Shown one piece after another: positions 36,319-49,157 of a DNA stretch of 64,000 bases (positions are counted from its first letter, which is position 1; every line of letters starts with the position of its first letter). A program made the translations under genes and the position numbers. The notes under the pieces are model-generated. The model was not told the origin of the DNA, did no database searches, and saw only the letters and a list, made by a program, of their open reading frames with translations. The stretch is from Selaginella moellendorffii (taxonomy: Eukaryota; Plantae; Lycopodiophyta): NCBI RefSeq assembly GCF_000143415.4, contig NW_003314366.1:372001-436000 (forward strand). Direction: 5' to 3'.

Positions 36319-37882
36319 ATGGATCCGGCTTCAGTCCAAGGTATGCTTGATGCTTCGTTCTCTGATGTGAGACTGACTCTTTGTTTTGTTTTGGGTGGTG
36401 GTGTAGCTAACAGAGCAGCTCAAGCTGAAGAATTGGAAGCTCTCCGCTACATTTATGGAGAGGATATCGTTGTTCACGAGCACGAACACTTCTGTGAGGT
36501 ATTTGGTTACGTGGTGAGCGGTTTTGAGCCAGCCAATTTGGTATCCTTTGGCAGATTTCTGTCTACCCGAGTGAAGAAGAGTCGGGAGGTTTGGCTGTGA
36601 AGCTTGGCGTTTATTTCCCGGACGAATATCCGTCACACAGTGAACCGACTTTTGAAGCTGAAGCCGCGTGGCTGTCGGAACAGGACCGCGACAAAGTTGT
36701 CAGTGGATTTCACGAGTTGTACTCGAGCAGTGACGGAGAAGTGATTGTTTTCAAATGGATAGAGTGGATGAAGGTAGGTAGAAGAATCTATGTCGTAGCT
36801 TACGTCTTCCTCTCTGGTTGTAGGAACAACACTGGCTATGGAATTGCGAGAAACGGACGGCACTTGCTGCAAGTACTAAAGAGACAGGTACGCTATTTTT
36901 CCAGCCAAAGCAAGCTTTTGTCTTGAGTTTTGTCTCTCTTTTTTTCTTCCTTGCCAGTAAACGATTCGGGGGAATCAGCCACTGCAGCAGCTCAGTTATT
37001 CCAGCCGTAAATCTCGTTTTTCGTTTCCTGCGGAATCTCTTTTAATTTTCTGTAGTGTGCTGCGCGCGCAGGTTTGAAAAGCCCGAGGATGTTCCGGCTG
37101 AGCTCAACGTGGAGGAACTGGACAAACTCCATGGCATTATTCACGGGTGTCCCTTCACAGAGAAGAAGAGTACGTGATTATAAAATATACGAGCGTCGTT
37201 GTTGTTTCGTTGATTGCGTTGCTGAGATAGTTGTCGTGACTATCAGGTACTTTCCAAGCGCACCTGGCACCCGTCCACTCGGCCGATGAGGTGGAGACGG
37301 TAATGGAAGCACTTCTGCGAAACAGGAAGATTTCAGGGGCAACTCACAACATAATGGCCTTTCGCATCGTTCTTCCCGACAAAAACACTGTAAAGTCGAC
37401 GTGACCCTTGGCGATAACTGCGATAACTGCGGTGTTTGTCAAGGGATTGCTAACTTCTTTCTCTCGCCTTGCCGTGTCAGGTACTTCAAGACTATGACGA
37501 CGATGGAGAAACCGCTGCTGGAAACCGGCTATTGCATCTCCTCCAGATCGTAGGCGCCATTGACGTGGTAAGCTATAACTGCAGCTTTTGTTTTCCTTGT
37601 TCCCCACGGAGATTCCAATCCAACAAAGCTTCCACTGATTGATTTTATGCAAGGTGGTGGTGGTCTCGAGGTGGTTTGGAGGGATCCTACTCGGTCCGGA
37701 CAGATTCAAGCACATCAACAATGCCGCACGGTCTCTCCTCGAGAGTGGTGGATACATAAGAGATTCCCGGAAGAACAGCAACACCTGTTCGTCCAGCAAA
37801 AAAGGTGGGACTTCTTTTTCTCGGCCACTGTTCCGCGAGTGCTGACTCCTCCATTTTTGTTCTCGTAGGGAAAGCTCGATAG
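36319..37882 (+). CDS. IMPACT-like protein (RWD + UPF0029/YigZ domain), multi-exon
   Basis: QAEELEALRYIY, FPDEYPS, FKWIEW (RWD); FTEKKS, ATHNIMAFRI, YDDDGETAAG, VVVSRWFGGILLGPDRFKHINNAAR. Confidence 0.85.
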
Positions 37883-38468
37883 TTACTATCGGGGAGACAC
37901 GAATACAAGGCTTTGCTGGTCCAACAGTCAGTCATCGAGATCCCAACAACAATGTCTCTCTACACGTAGAGAAGTACGATTTTTTCGGACAAACTAGTGC
38001 GTCACATTTTGATTTGATAACGTCTAACAAGATCCGTGAAAGCTTTTGACACCTATTTATCATTACTTTACAGGCAGGTCCATCTCTCTCCATCCATCTT
38101 AACAATTATAATATTCTTCCATGAACCATCGTCCTCCTCTGGGAACTCTACGGAAGATTTGATATTGTCTCTCTTTTCTCGGGTCGTCTCACACTCTTTT
38201 TTTTTCCAGCGATTCTGCTCAGGATTTATTCTCGAGCTGCTTCCGGGGTGGGGAGGCCATACCACTGCAAAAGATCTGGGAACAGGAGAAAAAGGAAAAG
38301 GAGGAGAGAAGGAAATCAGCAGTTCTGTGAAGAGGACGATCTTTCCGCAGTGGAATCAGTGCAGTGAACAAGTTGGTGATGAAAGCAGCGGTTTTTTTCG
38401 ACGAGCTCTCCTCCCTCGCTGCTGTTTCTCGAGAGATGCCGACTAGAGAAAGAAAGCTCGGGCCAAGA

Positions 38469-39224
38469 TCAGGTTCTCCTCCGGCTGGCTGGCTCCTTCT
38501 GCGCATTGTAGTAGACTGCGCCGACTGGAAGTCCCAGGAAGTACTCCTGCGCGAACCAACGGGTGCTGAAGTTGTTCCTCATGAGCGGTGGAAGCATGAG
38601 AACTGGTCCCATTTGCCGGAAGACCACGAAGATGTACCTATGGATTCCAGTCGGGGGCTTGGGGCCGATGTACTGGAGGATCTCTCTCCCTGGAGATGGA
38701 GTAGCGAACAAGAGAGAAAACCAAGCTGGAACTCACGTGACAATGCAAGGAGTGATCATACCTTGGCTAGCGTCGGCTCCACCGGGGATGTCCGCGACGA
38801 TCCTGGGTAGGAAACTCCAGATTCATATCGAAGGAGAAGCAAAAATGGAAGCTTTGGAACTAACCAGTGCACCCATTCTCGCATTGATGGCTCGCTGGGA
38901 CTCGGAGCATCCGGGTCGACCATCACCTGTTTAAGAACAAAGGGTGGTAGCATCAAGTCCTCTAGCTCTGGAGAAGAGATCGAAAGAAGAGAAGGCGGTA
39001 GCTATGGAGGTGAGATTGATTACGAGAGTGTAGAGCGCGCCTTCCTCGTGAGGAGATCCAACTTGGACAATGGGGCGAGCTTGAGTGGCTGAAGGCTTGA
39101 GCTCGCAGCCATTGTTGACTTGTTTGCTACCATAGCAAACGCTCATATCCACGGCCGGAACGAACATATCCAGCACGTCGCCGATCACTCGCCCTAGCAC
39201 CAGCGGATCCATTGATCTCCCCAT
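38469..39224 (-). CDS. MFT: MOTHER OF FT AND TFL1-like PEBP; exons 39224-39024, 38926-38865, 38802-38762, 38689-38469
   Basis: [28 protein letters not shown] (Trp of the MFT clade), GIHRY, C-terminal KEP; canonical four-exon PEBP structure. Confidence 0.92.
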
Positions 39225-39439
39225 CTCTCTTCTTCCCCAAGAACAATCGAGCTACCAAAACAATTCCTAGCTTGAACCCAACGCCACCGAAACCTTACAA
39301 GAGAAATCGCTAGAGCTAAAAAAAATTCCTTCTCCCGGCGAGGTGAGCTTGTGAAACGTAGAGAGAGCGCGGCCAAAAAGACTGGTTATTTTTTAAGCCG
39401 CCGTGTATGTGTGCGTGAAACCTCGCTCCGGAGCAACCA

Positions 39440-39570
39440 GGGCCTGCCACGTGTGATCCCGGACCAAGCCCATTGGGGCCACTTGTCCCCGTCTGCATGC
39501 GTGCATGTGGGCCCTTGCAAGACCGACGCGTGGCAGTGCATTGAAGCTTGGGATGGTGGACACGTGGGCG
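39440..39570 (-). promoter_or_regulatory. ABRE/G-box, RY and CE3-like motif cluster upstream of MFT
   Basis: GCCACGTGT at ~39446, TGCATG x2 at ~39494-39507, ACGCGTGGC at ~39526, GACACGTGG at ~39559. Confidence 0.6.
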
Positions 39571-41316
39571 GTAGGTGAGATCCTTTCTATTAGGGCTACT
39601 TGGCTTGATTAGATAATTTTAAAAAATCTATAAATGGAGAATTTCAAAAGTAATAATTATTGAGTTTAAAAATATCTCATCAGAATTTATTTAGAATAAT
39701 GCTATTTGGTATATACATCAATAATTGAAAAACTACACTCATATTAAACTTAAATTTAGACCTTAATAAAGTGAAATTCACTCCCATATTTATTATGAAA
39801 ATCTGAGGCCTAAACCCACATTATATGTTATGGGTGTAAATTCATAAATGGATATTAAATTAATAAGTATAAAAACTAATTAAATACATAATGATTTGTG
39901 TTTATATTTTAGTTTTAAACCACATTAAAATATTTTTTAATTACTAATATTTTATATAATATTATATATATTAGTTAATTTTAATTATAATTTACATATA
40001 TATATATAAGTTTTACTTAGAGATATAACACTTAGTATGACATTGATATGATTTAAAAGATTAAATGTGCACATTAAATATTACTCAGATATACCCAGCA
40101 AGGAACTTTTTGACTTGAAAATTCATAACTGTAGCAAATGAAAATGTATGTAAATTAAATATAAAATGAAGGATGTGCAACTTGATCTTAGAAAATAAAT
40201 TAAAAAATTATAATTATGAGAAAATATCAAATTTTGGTTTGTTTTAGCATATATCTAAGTATATTCTATGATATTCTTTAATCTATCTTTCTGTTAAATG
40301 CTAATATTCTTATTTATGACTAATACACACTCATGATCACTCTTCCTCTTCCATTTTCTACAGACAAAATCTTAATCAAGTGCATATCCAAATCATGAGT
40401 TTTACACATTCTTTATGCTCATCACATTCATTTAAGAACTTGTCTATAGACAGCATATTCCATAATAGAGCTCTTGATCTAATGAGCATCATGGATAAGT
40501 CATAATTAAGCCAAACCTTGAGAACACAATCTATCCTTCATGGGATTCAAGCTTTGATATGCTCCTTGAGCATCATGTAGTACTAGAGGATCTTTGTGAA
40601 GATCTGAGATTTAGTACAACAAGGCAATCATGGGGTGGAGGTGGTCTTCTGTTGTGGCTGACTTTTAGGCAAGCTGAAATCATCAAAAGGACTCCTGAAA
40701 ATGATCAATTTTGACAGGGAACAAGATAAGATAGTATGTCTTGAAGCTTAGTAATACTCTAATTGACTTGAGATTCACATATTTCTTAGCTATGAAATAT
40801 AGGAAATAAGTATTTTTATTATTTTTATCAATGTTCATGGCTTTGAGGTTATAACAACATGCTAGAGTGTTTGCCAAATGCCTTAACTTATTTAGTTTTT
40901 ATCTAAAAGTGTTGACTTTTACAAGTCATTGGATTAAGCCCTCTATGATCTTGCGTGGATCAGTCTCCCTCAGGCAAAAATACCATTACAAAAAAAATTT
41001 CAGCCTCCTATTCTTGAGCTAGGTATAAGAAGTATCATATTACATCTCCTGTTCCTTGGGAAATTTGAGTTCAAATATCATATTCCTCCCTTGCCAAGAA
41101 CTTCATTGATGATCTAGTATTGCCCACCAAGGCTGGAGCTAAGTGCGAAGCTTAGCATATTTAGACCAATTTTCTGATTTTTTTGCATTATGTTAACTAT
41201 GTTCTAAGGAGGCATATAAATTGCTATTAGATTTGCTTACTTTTAGGAAAGAAAATGTTATCTAAGCCAAATGCTGATTTAATACTATATTGCTTAATCA
41301 AGAGGTTATAATTTAT

Positions 41317-41440
41317 TATAAGCAATCAAATAGAATGGCTTGAAAAACCTTTTATTAAAGTTTAAGATAAAGGAAAAAGGCTCATGAATAAGAGTGTATC
41401 TTTCTTTTTTCAATTGGTGATTATTCTTGATATTTGTTAG
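41317..41440 (+). mobile_element. Highly decayed Cassandra-type LTR relic (second copy ~43525-43630)
   Basis: tataagcaatcaaatagaatggcttga...ggctcatgaataagagtgtatctttc..caattggt aligns to the TRIM LTR 5' half. Confidence 0.6.
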
Positions 41441-42037
41441 ATACCAATCAAATTTAGTTTAGTCCATTGAGAGGATAATCTCAACTTTTAAAAACTTTTC
41501 TGTGCATTGCATAGAGTAATGCCTGGTTTTCTTAATAGTAATGTTATTCTTATTTATTAATCCAATTGACCAAATGGAATTTATAATTATAAACATGTAT
41601 ATAATTTATAAACATAAGATTAATCTTATTGCATATCAACCATTACATGGTAGAATAAAAAAATATCCCAGAAAGTGTTTAGGAAATTTTATAAAAATAT
41701 AAACATGTTTATAAAGTATAAATGCAAGATTAATCTAAATGAATAACCACCGTTAGATAGTAGAATATTCTAGAATATCTAAGTATATTCTAGATATATC
41801 TCAGTCCCTTATTATCTCATTTTTACTTATAATTTTTTAAATATAATGCTTAAGAGTAAAAGTTAACAATATTAGTGTCTTTTGTTATTTCAAAATATTT
41901 TAAATTTTTATATTACAATTAACCTTTATATGTTTAATTTTTTTATTTGCTTAAGAAAACCTGCAGCTTTATATTTAGGGTTAAGATAGTTTAACCTAAA
42001 TATAAAAAAGAAAAAACGACCTTTCATATATAGTTCA

Positions 42038-42262
42038 GGTAATGGAAGCACTTCTGCAAAACAGGAAGATTGTAGAGGCAACTCACAACGTAATGGCCTT
42101 TTGCATCGTTCTTCCCAACAAAAACACTGTAAAGTTGACATGACCCTTGGTGATAACTGTGATAACTGTGGTGCTTGTCAAGGGATTGCTAGCTTCTTTC
42201 TCTCACCTTGCCTTGTCAAGTACTTCGACTATGATGATGATGGAGAAACCACTACTGGAAAC
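42038..42262 (+). pseudogene. Duplicated fragment of the IMPACT-like gene (exon-intron-exon)
   Basis: Matches 37299-37525 including the intron, with CpG>TpG/CpA changes. Confidence 0.85.
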
Positions 42263-42405
42263 TGCCACTGGAAGTCATGTGGATAAAATCATCAGAATCT
42301 ATCTTTATGTTTTACATATAAAATTCATAATTGAATATTAAATTATTAAGTATAAAACTAATAAAAATTTAATGATGGACCTGGGTAAGGTTTTATTTTG
42401 CCTTG

Positions 42406-42551
<146 letters not shown>

Positions 42552-43915
42552 AGGAACTTCTTGACTTGAAAATTCATAACTGTAGCAAATGAAGCTATAT
42601 ATAAACTAAATATAAAATGAATGCAACTTGATCTTTATTACAAAAGAAATTTTCTAAATGAGAAAATATAAAATTTGGTTTGCTTTAGCATATATCTAAG
42701 AATATTCTAGGATATTCCTTGATCTATCTGTTAAATTGCTAATATTCTTACTTTATTCCAGTCAAAAATTAATGGCACTTCCTCTTCCATTTTCCACACA
42801 CATAAAATCTTAATCAATTCCATATCCAAACCATGAGTTTTACACATTCCTTATACTCATCACATGTTGATAATGGATTCATCCAAGAACTTGTCTATAG
42901 ACAGCATATTCCACAAGGAAGCTCTTGATCTGATAAGTATCATGGCTGTATCATGGACAGTGAACAAGATAAGTTGGTATGGCCTTTGAAGCTTAGCAAT
43001 ACTTCAATCGACTTGAGATTCACTTTTTTTTTTAACTAAGCAATATAGAAAATAAATATTTTATTATTATTTTCAAACTTAGCAATATAGGAAATAAATA
43101 TTGTATTATTATTTTCAATGTTCATGGCTTTGAGGTTATAATAACACGCTAGAGTGCTTGCCAATGCCTTAACTTATTTAGCTTTTTTATCTAACAGTGT
43201 CAACTTTTACAAATCATTGGATTAATCCCTTTATAAACTTAGCTAAATAAGTCTACCTCAAGCAAAAATACCAACCATTACAAACGAATCTTTGGCCTCC
43301 TATTCTTGAGCTAGGTCGTGACTATGGCATTACATAAGAAGTGTTCTCTTACATCTGTTCTTTGAGGAATTTGAGTTCAAATGATATATTCCTTCTTTGC
43401 CAACCATTTTGAGAACTTCATGGATGATCTAGTGTTGCCCACCAAGCCTGGAATTAGCCTAGCATATTAAGACCAATTTTCTGTAATTTTTTAACCATGT
43501 TCTTAAGGAGGTATATAAATTGTTGAATGGCTTGAAAAAACTTTATTAAAGTTCAAAGATAAAGGAAAAGGCTAATGAATAAGAGTGCATCTTTCTTTTT
43601 CAATTGGTGATTATTCTTGATATTTGTTAAATACCACTCAAATTTAACTTAGACAATCTCAAAATTTTAAAAAAATTTAACATATGAATCCCAATTTTAA
43701 TATAAAATTTTAAAATATTTTGAATAATACAAGAAAATAATATTGTTATCTTTTCATGTTTATATTTAAAAAATTTATAAGTAAAAATGAGATAATATCT
43801 TTATATTTGTATGCAAACAAAACTAAATTTATAATAATAAATATCAATTAAGTGAAGATTCTGTCATTCCATATACTAATAGTGTACAGAGCTTTTCTCT
43901 CAATAACAGCGTATT

Positions 43916-44550
43916 TCACTTTGTACCACCAACAAAGAAACTGAAAAGCAATGTTCCCATAACTTTGGACTGGCTGACAAGGTTTTCACTGCCACTGGTG
44001 GTGACGAACAAACGCAAAGGCAGGAACATTGATGGGAACACAAGAAGTAATGAGAGCTGAAGCAGCCAAATGCCATGAAAGATTATATAATTGACGTTGA
44101 AAACTTTATCATCACGGCATTGTGATTCTGTGGCACAAACACTTCCATGAGGCTTGAGAACATACAGGCAGTCACCATGAGCCGTAGAAGCATATGATAA
44201 TGTCCTTTCATGCCAACAATCCGTGGAATGCCAATGAAAGAGGAAGAGTTCTTGGGCGAACGCTGCTGCTCCCATGAGACTTACAAAAGCACTTGGCAAG
44301 TGTAGCTTGTAACGTCGTGCATAGATAATGAAGGGATTAGCCAAGGAGATGTGCTCCAGGTCAGGATATCTTCGTGTTGGCTGCACAATGCAGTGGAAAG
44401 TGATGACTCCTGCACTCTTAAGGAAGAGAATGTAAGACTCAGCTGGCTTTGTAATGAGGGGGAGTCGCCCAGATTTCCGGTGGCCTTGAAAACGGGATGC
44501 TGCATTCGTGAGAAAGAGCAAGATGAACGCAATTGTTGGAATTTTGCCAT
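43916..44550 (-). pseudogene. DUF716/TMEM45-like membrane-protein gene remnant
   Basis: DLEH..., AAAFAQELFLFHWHSTD, FHGIWLLQ resemble plant DUF716 proteins; apparent frameshifts. Confidence 0.5.
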
Positions 44551-44909
44551 CTTTGCGTCACATGTTTCCCTGACAAGGCTTGAAATTTAAGGTGATGTAT
44601 CACCAGGTCAAGGACGGTATTCTCACACTCATATCAAAGTCGGTCTTGGTTGGTTGGTTATTCTCATTGATTGACCAGTATCCGAAGATCCTAGACTTTG
44701 ATCAAAGTAAAGTACGGAAAGTTCTGTATCCACCTTGACCACGACTTCATGGAGTTCAATTGCCTGTGTCTGGGTTTGCTTTTGTAACGCACTATTGCTT
44801 GACTAACGTTTGTCAGTTTTTTTTCTCGTTTTTTATTCACATTTGTCATGAGTTCTAAATCCACCACGACCTAATCAGCTTTTTTTTGAGTTCTGGCCAC
44901 ATGAATTTT

Positions 44910-47165
44910 TTAAGAACTGTCAAGACGAGGAAGAAATGATGGAGGAAAAGTAATGCTGAGGCTAATAGATGTGTTCTCATGTTCCTTTGCTCGAAGCTTA
45001 TACCTCCAAATTTGAAGGCTGTCCCACGTGATACCTAAAAATGTGACCCAAAAGCCAATAAACACACCGCAGCCAAATGCCCACACTGAAGCTTCATGGA
45101 AGAGGAAGTCTTTCTCCCAACTTTTGTGACTTGCAGGGTGCTCTTGATCCTTTGTTGCATGGCCACAAGGAGACAATGGAAACCCACAAAGGTTCTTATT
45201 GCCTTGGAATGCAAGTGGAAATCGAGTGTTGATATTGTAAGCAGTTGGGACCAATCCGCTTAAGTTGTTGAATGAAACATTAAAGGCAGACAAAGGCAAT
45301 TCCCCAAACTCGTTTGGGATCCTGCCTTGGAGCATGTTCCACGACAAGTCAAGCGACTGAAGCTTTTTCAAGCTGGAAAGATTGAGAGGTATGGCACCGG
45401 TGAACTGGTTGTGCGAGAGGTTGAGATGCATTAGTCCAACCAGTTGCCCAATTTCTTCTGGGATGACGCCCTCGAGAGAGTTGCTTGAGATGTCTAATGA
45501 AGTCATGTTGTTTGAAACAACGATGGTTGTCCGATCAAACTGTAACCTTGCGCCATTGACCGTGATAACCAGGTTCAACTGAACCCCTGTATAAATGCCA
45601 AGATTCAAATCCCCACTAGTGTTGCCCTTGAAACCTTGAAACTTCCAAAGCTTGCCTGGCAGCTGCCCTATGAGCTTATTGTTTGACAAATCTAAAATTT
45701 GGAGCCAAATGAGATTGGTGATGCAAGCTGGAATCTGGCCAAACAGCTTGTTGTATGCAAAAGACAATATCATAATTCCAGACCAGCTGCAAGTCTCTTG
45801 AGGGATCTCGCCTGTGAAATGGTTCCTACTATAGTCCACGACTCTGAGGTAAGTGGAATTCAAGCTTTTGACTGAAATGGTGCCACTCAACATGTTGTTG
45901 CAAATGACAAAGAAGACCAAACTTGTTAAGTTACTCAAGTCAAGCCGCACCTCACCCGTGAAATTGTTCTGCGCAAAGTTGACAACCTTGAGCTTGGAGC
46001 AATTCCCTAGCCTTGAGCTAATCTCTCCCTGGAACTCGTTCGTTGAGAGATCCAAGTAAACCAGGTTAGTGCATGCACCAAACGTTGGCATTTTGCTCCG
46101 TATCGAGTTTCCGTGGAGGTCGAGATAGCCAAGATTGGTGCATTTGTCGAGTGGAGGAACTTCATTTCTGAGATAGTTGTCACTCAAGTCAAGTGTCTCA
46201 AGACGATCCAGCTGGCTAATGCCTTTTGGAATGCTTCCATCTAGATAGTTTTTGTTGAGGTGCAATTGCTGGAGAGCCTTGATCTCTGTGATTGAATGCG
46301 GAATGCTTCCTGTCAGGCTGTTAACGTCCAAGCGAAGTAGCACGACAGGAGAAGACGCATTAAACATGGGAATGTTTCCTGTAAAGTTGTTGTAATGGAG
46401 CTCTAGGTGCGTTAGAGATGGCATGCCCACCATAACATCAGAAGGAATCGATCCGTTGAGAAAATAGTTTCGCGATAGTCCCAACCACTTTAGCCTACGA
46501 AGACCAGCAAAAGAGCCAGGTAATGGGCCATATAGAAGGTTGTCAGACATGTCTAGAAATGTGAGGCGCGAAAGGTTTCCAAGAGTGATTGGTATAAGCC
46601 CCTCCAAATTGTTCTTAAGAAGTGATAACCTTTCCAATTTCTTGAGCTTACCCAGCGATGGAGATATAGAGCCTGTTAAGGTGTTGTTTTCCAGATTGAG
46701 GAACTGCAGCTTGGAGCAGTTCCCAACACTCGATGGAATAGACCCGCTCAAGAAATTATCAGATAGCCAGAGCTCAGTGAGATTCTGGAGCTGCCCTAAT
46801 GTTGCTGGAATATGGCCAGTCAATTGGTTCCCTCTCAAGTTGAGCTCTGTGAGTGAGGAGCAATTTCCGAGGGTGGTAGGAATTTGCCCCGTTATTTTGT
46901 TAAACGATAGATCGAGCTCTGAAAGATATGAAAGCTGCCCAAGCCTTGGCGTGAGAGTTCCCACCAAGGCGTCATCGAGATCCACAGAGGATAGATGTAT
47001 GGACACTACTTGGCGTTTAGAATTGCAACTAATGCCTCTCCAGCTGCAAATCCCACCCTTGTTTCCTTCATGCCAGTTAGAAAAGGTAGAATTGCTTTGC
47101 AACATGCCTTGCTTGAACTCCAGTAGAATTTCCATGTCCATGATCTTATACAAAAGAAAGAACAC
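44910..47165 (-). CDS. LRR receptor-like protein (LRRNT, extracellular LRRs, island, TM, short tail, no kinase)
   Basis: CSWRGISC cap, many LxxLDLSxNxLxGxIP repeats, FQGNKNLCGFPL, hydrophobic segment VWAFGCGVFIGFWVTFLGI; true start uncertain. Confidence 0.9.
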   Translation of the reverse strand: MFFLLYKIMDMEILLEFKQGMLQSNSTFSNWHEGNKGGICSWRGISCNSKRQVVSIHLSSVDLDDALVGTLTPRLGQLSYLSELDLSFNKITGQIPTTLGNCSSLTELNLRGNQLTGHIPATLGQLQNLTELWLSDNFLSGSIPSSVGNCSKLQFLNLENNTLTGSISPSLGKLKKLERLSLLKNNLEGLIPITLGNLSRLTFLDMSDNLLYGPLPGSFAGLRRLKWLGLSRNYFLNGSIPSDVMVGMPSLTHLELHYNNFTGNIPMFNASSPVVLLRLDVNSLTGSIPHSITEIKALQQLHLNKNYLDGSIPKGISQLDRLETLDLSDNYLRNEVPPLDKCTNLGYLDLHGNSIRSKMPTFGACTNLVYLDLSTNEFQGEISSRLGNCSKLKVVNFAQNNFTGEVRLDLSNLTSLVFFVICNNMLSGTISVKSLNSTYLRVVDYSRNHFTGEIPQETCSWSGIMILSFAYNKLFGQIPACITNLIWLQILDLSNNKLIGQLPGKLWKFQGFKGNTSGDLNLGIYTGVQLNLVITVNGARLQFDRTTIVVSNNMTSLDISSNSLEGVIPEEIGQLVGLMHLNLSHNQFTGAIPLNLSSLKKLQSLDLSWNMLQGRIPNEFGELPLSAFNVSFNNLSGLVPTAYNINTRFPLAFQGNKNLCGFPLSPCGHATKDQEHPASHKSWEKDFLFHEASVWAFGCGVFIGFWVTFLGITWDSLQIWRYKLRAKEHENTSISLSITFPPSFLPRLDSS

Positions 47166-47656
47166 CTTAGGAGTTTCATTTCAGAATCATGTAATCATAC
47201 CTCAGCAGAAAGATTCATGCCAAGTGCGAAGAGAAGTACGATGCCCCAGTGAGAAAACATTTTCTTCTTGTGACAGGATAGAGTTTGCACTAGAAATTTA
47301 AAGATCACCAGACTTTATATCTTGAATGCGACATCAAAGAGTCCAATATTTTTCGCTGCTGGTCCAACAAAAGTCACATATTTGTTCTAGGTCATGTGAC
47401 GAATTGTCTGCTGGTCAAACTCATGCAATTTAAATGTGCAAGCATGCCGTGCTAGTAGTCCATGCCGTGCGAGTCCAAGCATATGCTTTAGTTTATCATG
47501 CCGTGCTTGACTAGTAGTTGAAGCACGGTGTGTTTGCCAGTCAACATTAGAATTTGTTGTTTGTTGGTTATTGTCATTCACAATGTTCATGGAACATATC
47601 TCCACTATATAAGAACCATGCACAACATCTAAGGCATTGAAGAATGGTAGTGATAT

Positions 47657-47772
47657 TGTTAGGCACCAAGTTAAGATAATAGGATAATGAAAGTGCCCTG
47701 CAATCAAGTGATTACCCCTTTAGTCAGTTGGCTTAGGGTGTAAGGGATAAGATCCTAACATTGGTATCAGAG
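47657..47772 (+). mobile_element. Small LTR-like relic (104 bp) followed by PBS
   Basis: TGTTAGG...CCTAACA terminal inverted repeat, then TTGGTATCAGAG. Confidence 0.6.
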
Positions 47773-48883
47773 TAAAATATTTGTATTGTTGCTTGTAACA
47801 ACTGCTTCCTTCTTTAGCTTCTGTGAAGCTGATGCAACATGTGAGACCAACATCAATGGAATTCTCAGCAATTGCAAGAGCACAAATCCCTCTGCAACAT
47901 GTTGTAAATTTGTGAGGAAGATGTCACAAAGTATGTCAGCTTGAGTTCAATTCTAACCATTACTAGAAAATGCCATCGAACTCTTCCCCATCACTATCAG
48001 TGTGGAAGTAAGGCAATTTTTAAATTTGCTTTTTCAAATTCATTATTGTCTCTTCAGGTTATCTTCTTCCCTGATTCATGGTCATGGAATGGTTAAAAAT
48101 AAAATTTATTCTTAAAAAAAAAAAAACTTTCTGGTAGCCCTTTGCTTGTGTCGCGTGTGGGATCAAGGCCGCAGAGGTAGAGATCTTCATCGCCAGAGTC
48201 GAGGTGATCGATGACTATTATGCCATCCATAGCCCCTATGGTGGCATCACTTGCTCTGGCGCGGACGACAGGGATGAGAAAACGCGCCGAGATCTTGAAA
48301 GCGGTACGCGCTAAAGTCAAGCGGGACGTCAAGCGGCAGATGCAAATGCCCAAGTTTAGCAGTTCGCTGGCCGAGATCATCCGGAGATCATCGTAGAAAC
48401 CCAAGTTCACACCGTCCAATGTGGTTTTCAAATCCACTCCAGGTGCTAGAGAGTCTTAAGGACCGGGTGGCATGTTGGGCGGAGCAGGATTTATTCAGAT
48501 GCGCAAGCGCCATTGATAGGACGAGGGAAGTGATGCTTTTGTTTGCAGTTTCGAGCACACGCCATGCACCAGGCCAGAAGCTATAAAGTTCTCGCCGTGA
48601 GGTAAAGAAGTACACAAGTAGTGTGTTCCTCCATGCTTGGGAGGGACTGTCATTTGAAATAATATTCTAGGTGCTTGTGGTAGCGACGTTGTTATATGAA
48701 TTGAGCTTGGATTCTGACCTCAAGAATTCATTGCTAATGTGGTGCATGATCACTCCGTCTGGGCCATCGTAAACAATGACCCATGTCCATTTGAGAAACG
48801 TGTCTTGCTGATCCTCTTTCTGGATTTTGCAAATGGAGCAAGAAAAGACACTATACCTGCTGCAGATCAAGCTCAATGCAGAT

Positions 48884-49157
48884 CAAGCTGACAGTTGACC
48901 TTCTCAACAGCGGTGGCTCCAACACTGTCTCTGTTGCCGAGAAGGTAAGCCCGAGCAAGCCATGCGAACGGCGAAGCACTCAAAGGCGAAGAGCCAATTG
49001 CCCAACAATTTCTCGAGCCTTTCATCATCGACAGCTCGCGTTTAGAGGTCGAAGTCGATCGTTAGCATACGCGCTTCTGGATCTTCGAGAGCTCGGCCTC
49101 TTGCGCCACTATGGAAGCTAGAGAGGTGACGCAGTTCATGAAAGACTGCGCGAACAA
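48884..49157 (+). pseudogene. Deletion-riddled copy of a CABIN1-like exon segment
   Basis: Collinear with 55803-56192 (e.g. ctcgagcctttcatcatcgacagctcgcgtttagaggtcgaagtcgatc) with several internal deletions. Confidence 0.88.

Noticed and set aside
48093-48615. Short ORFs between the RLP and the inverted repeat
   Set aside because: No identifiable motif or gene structure
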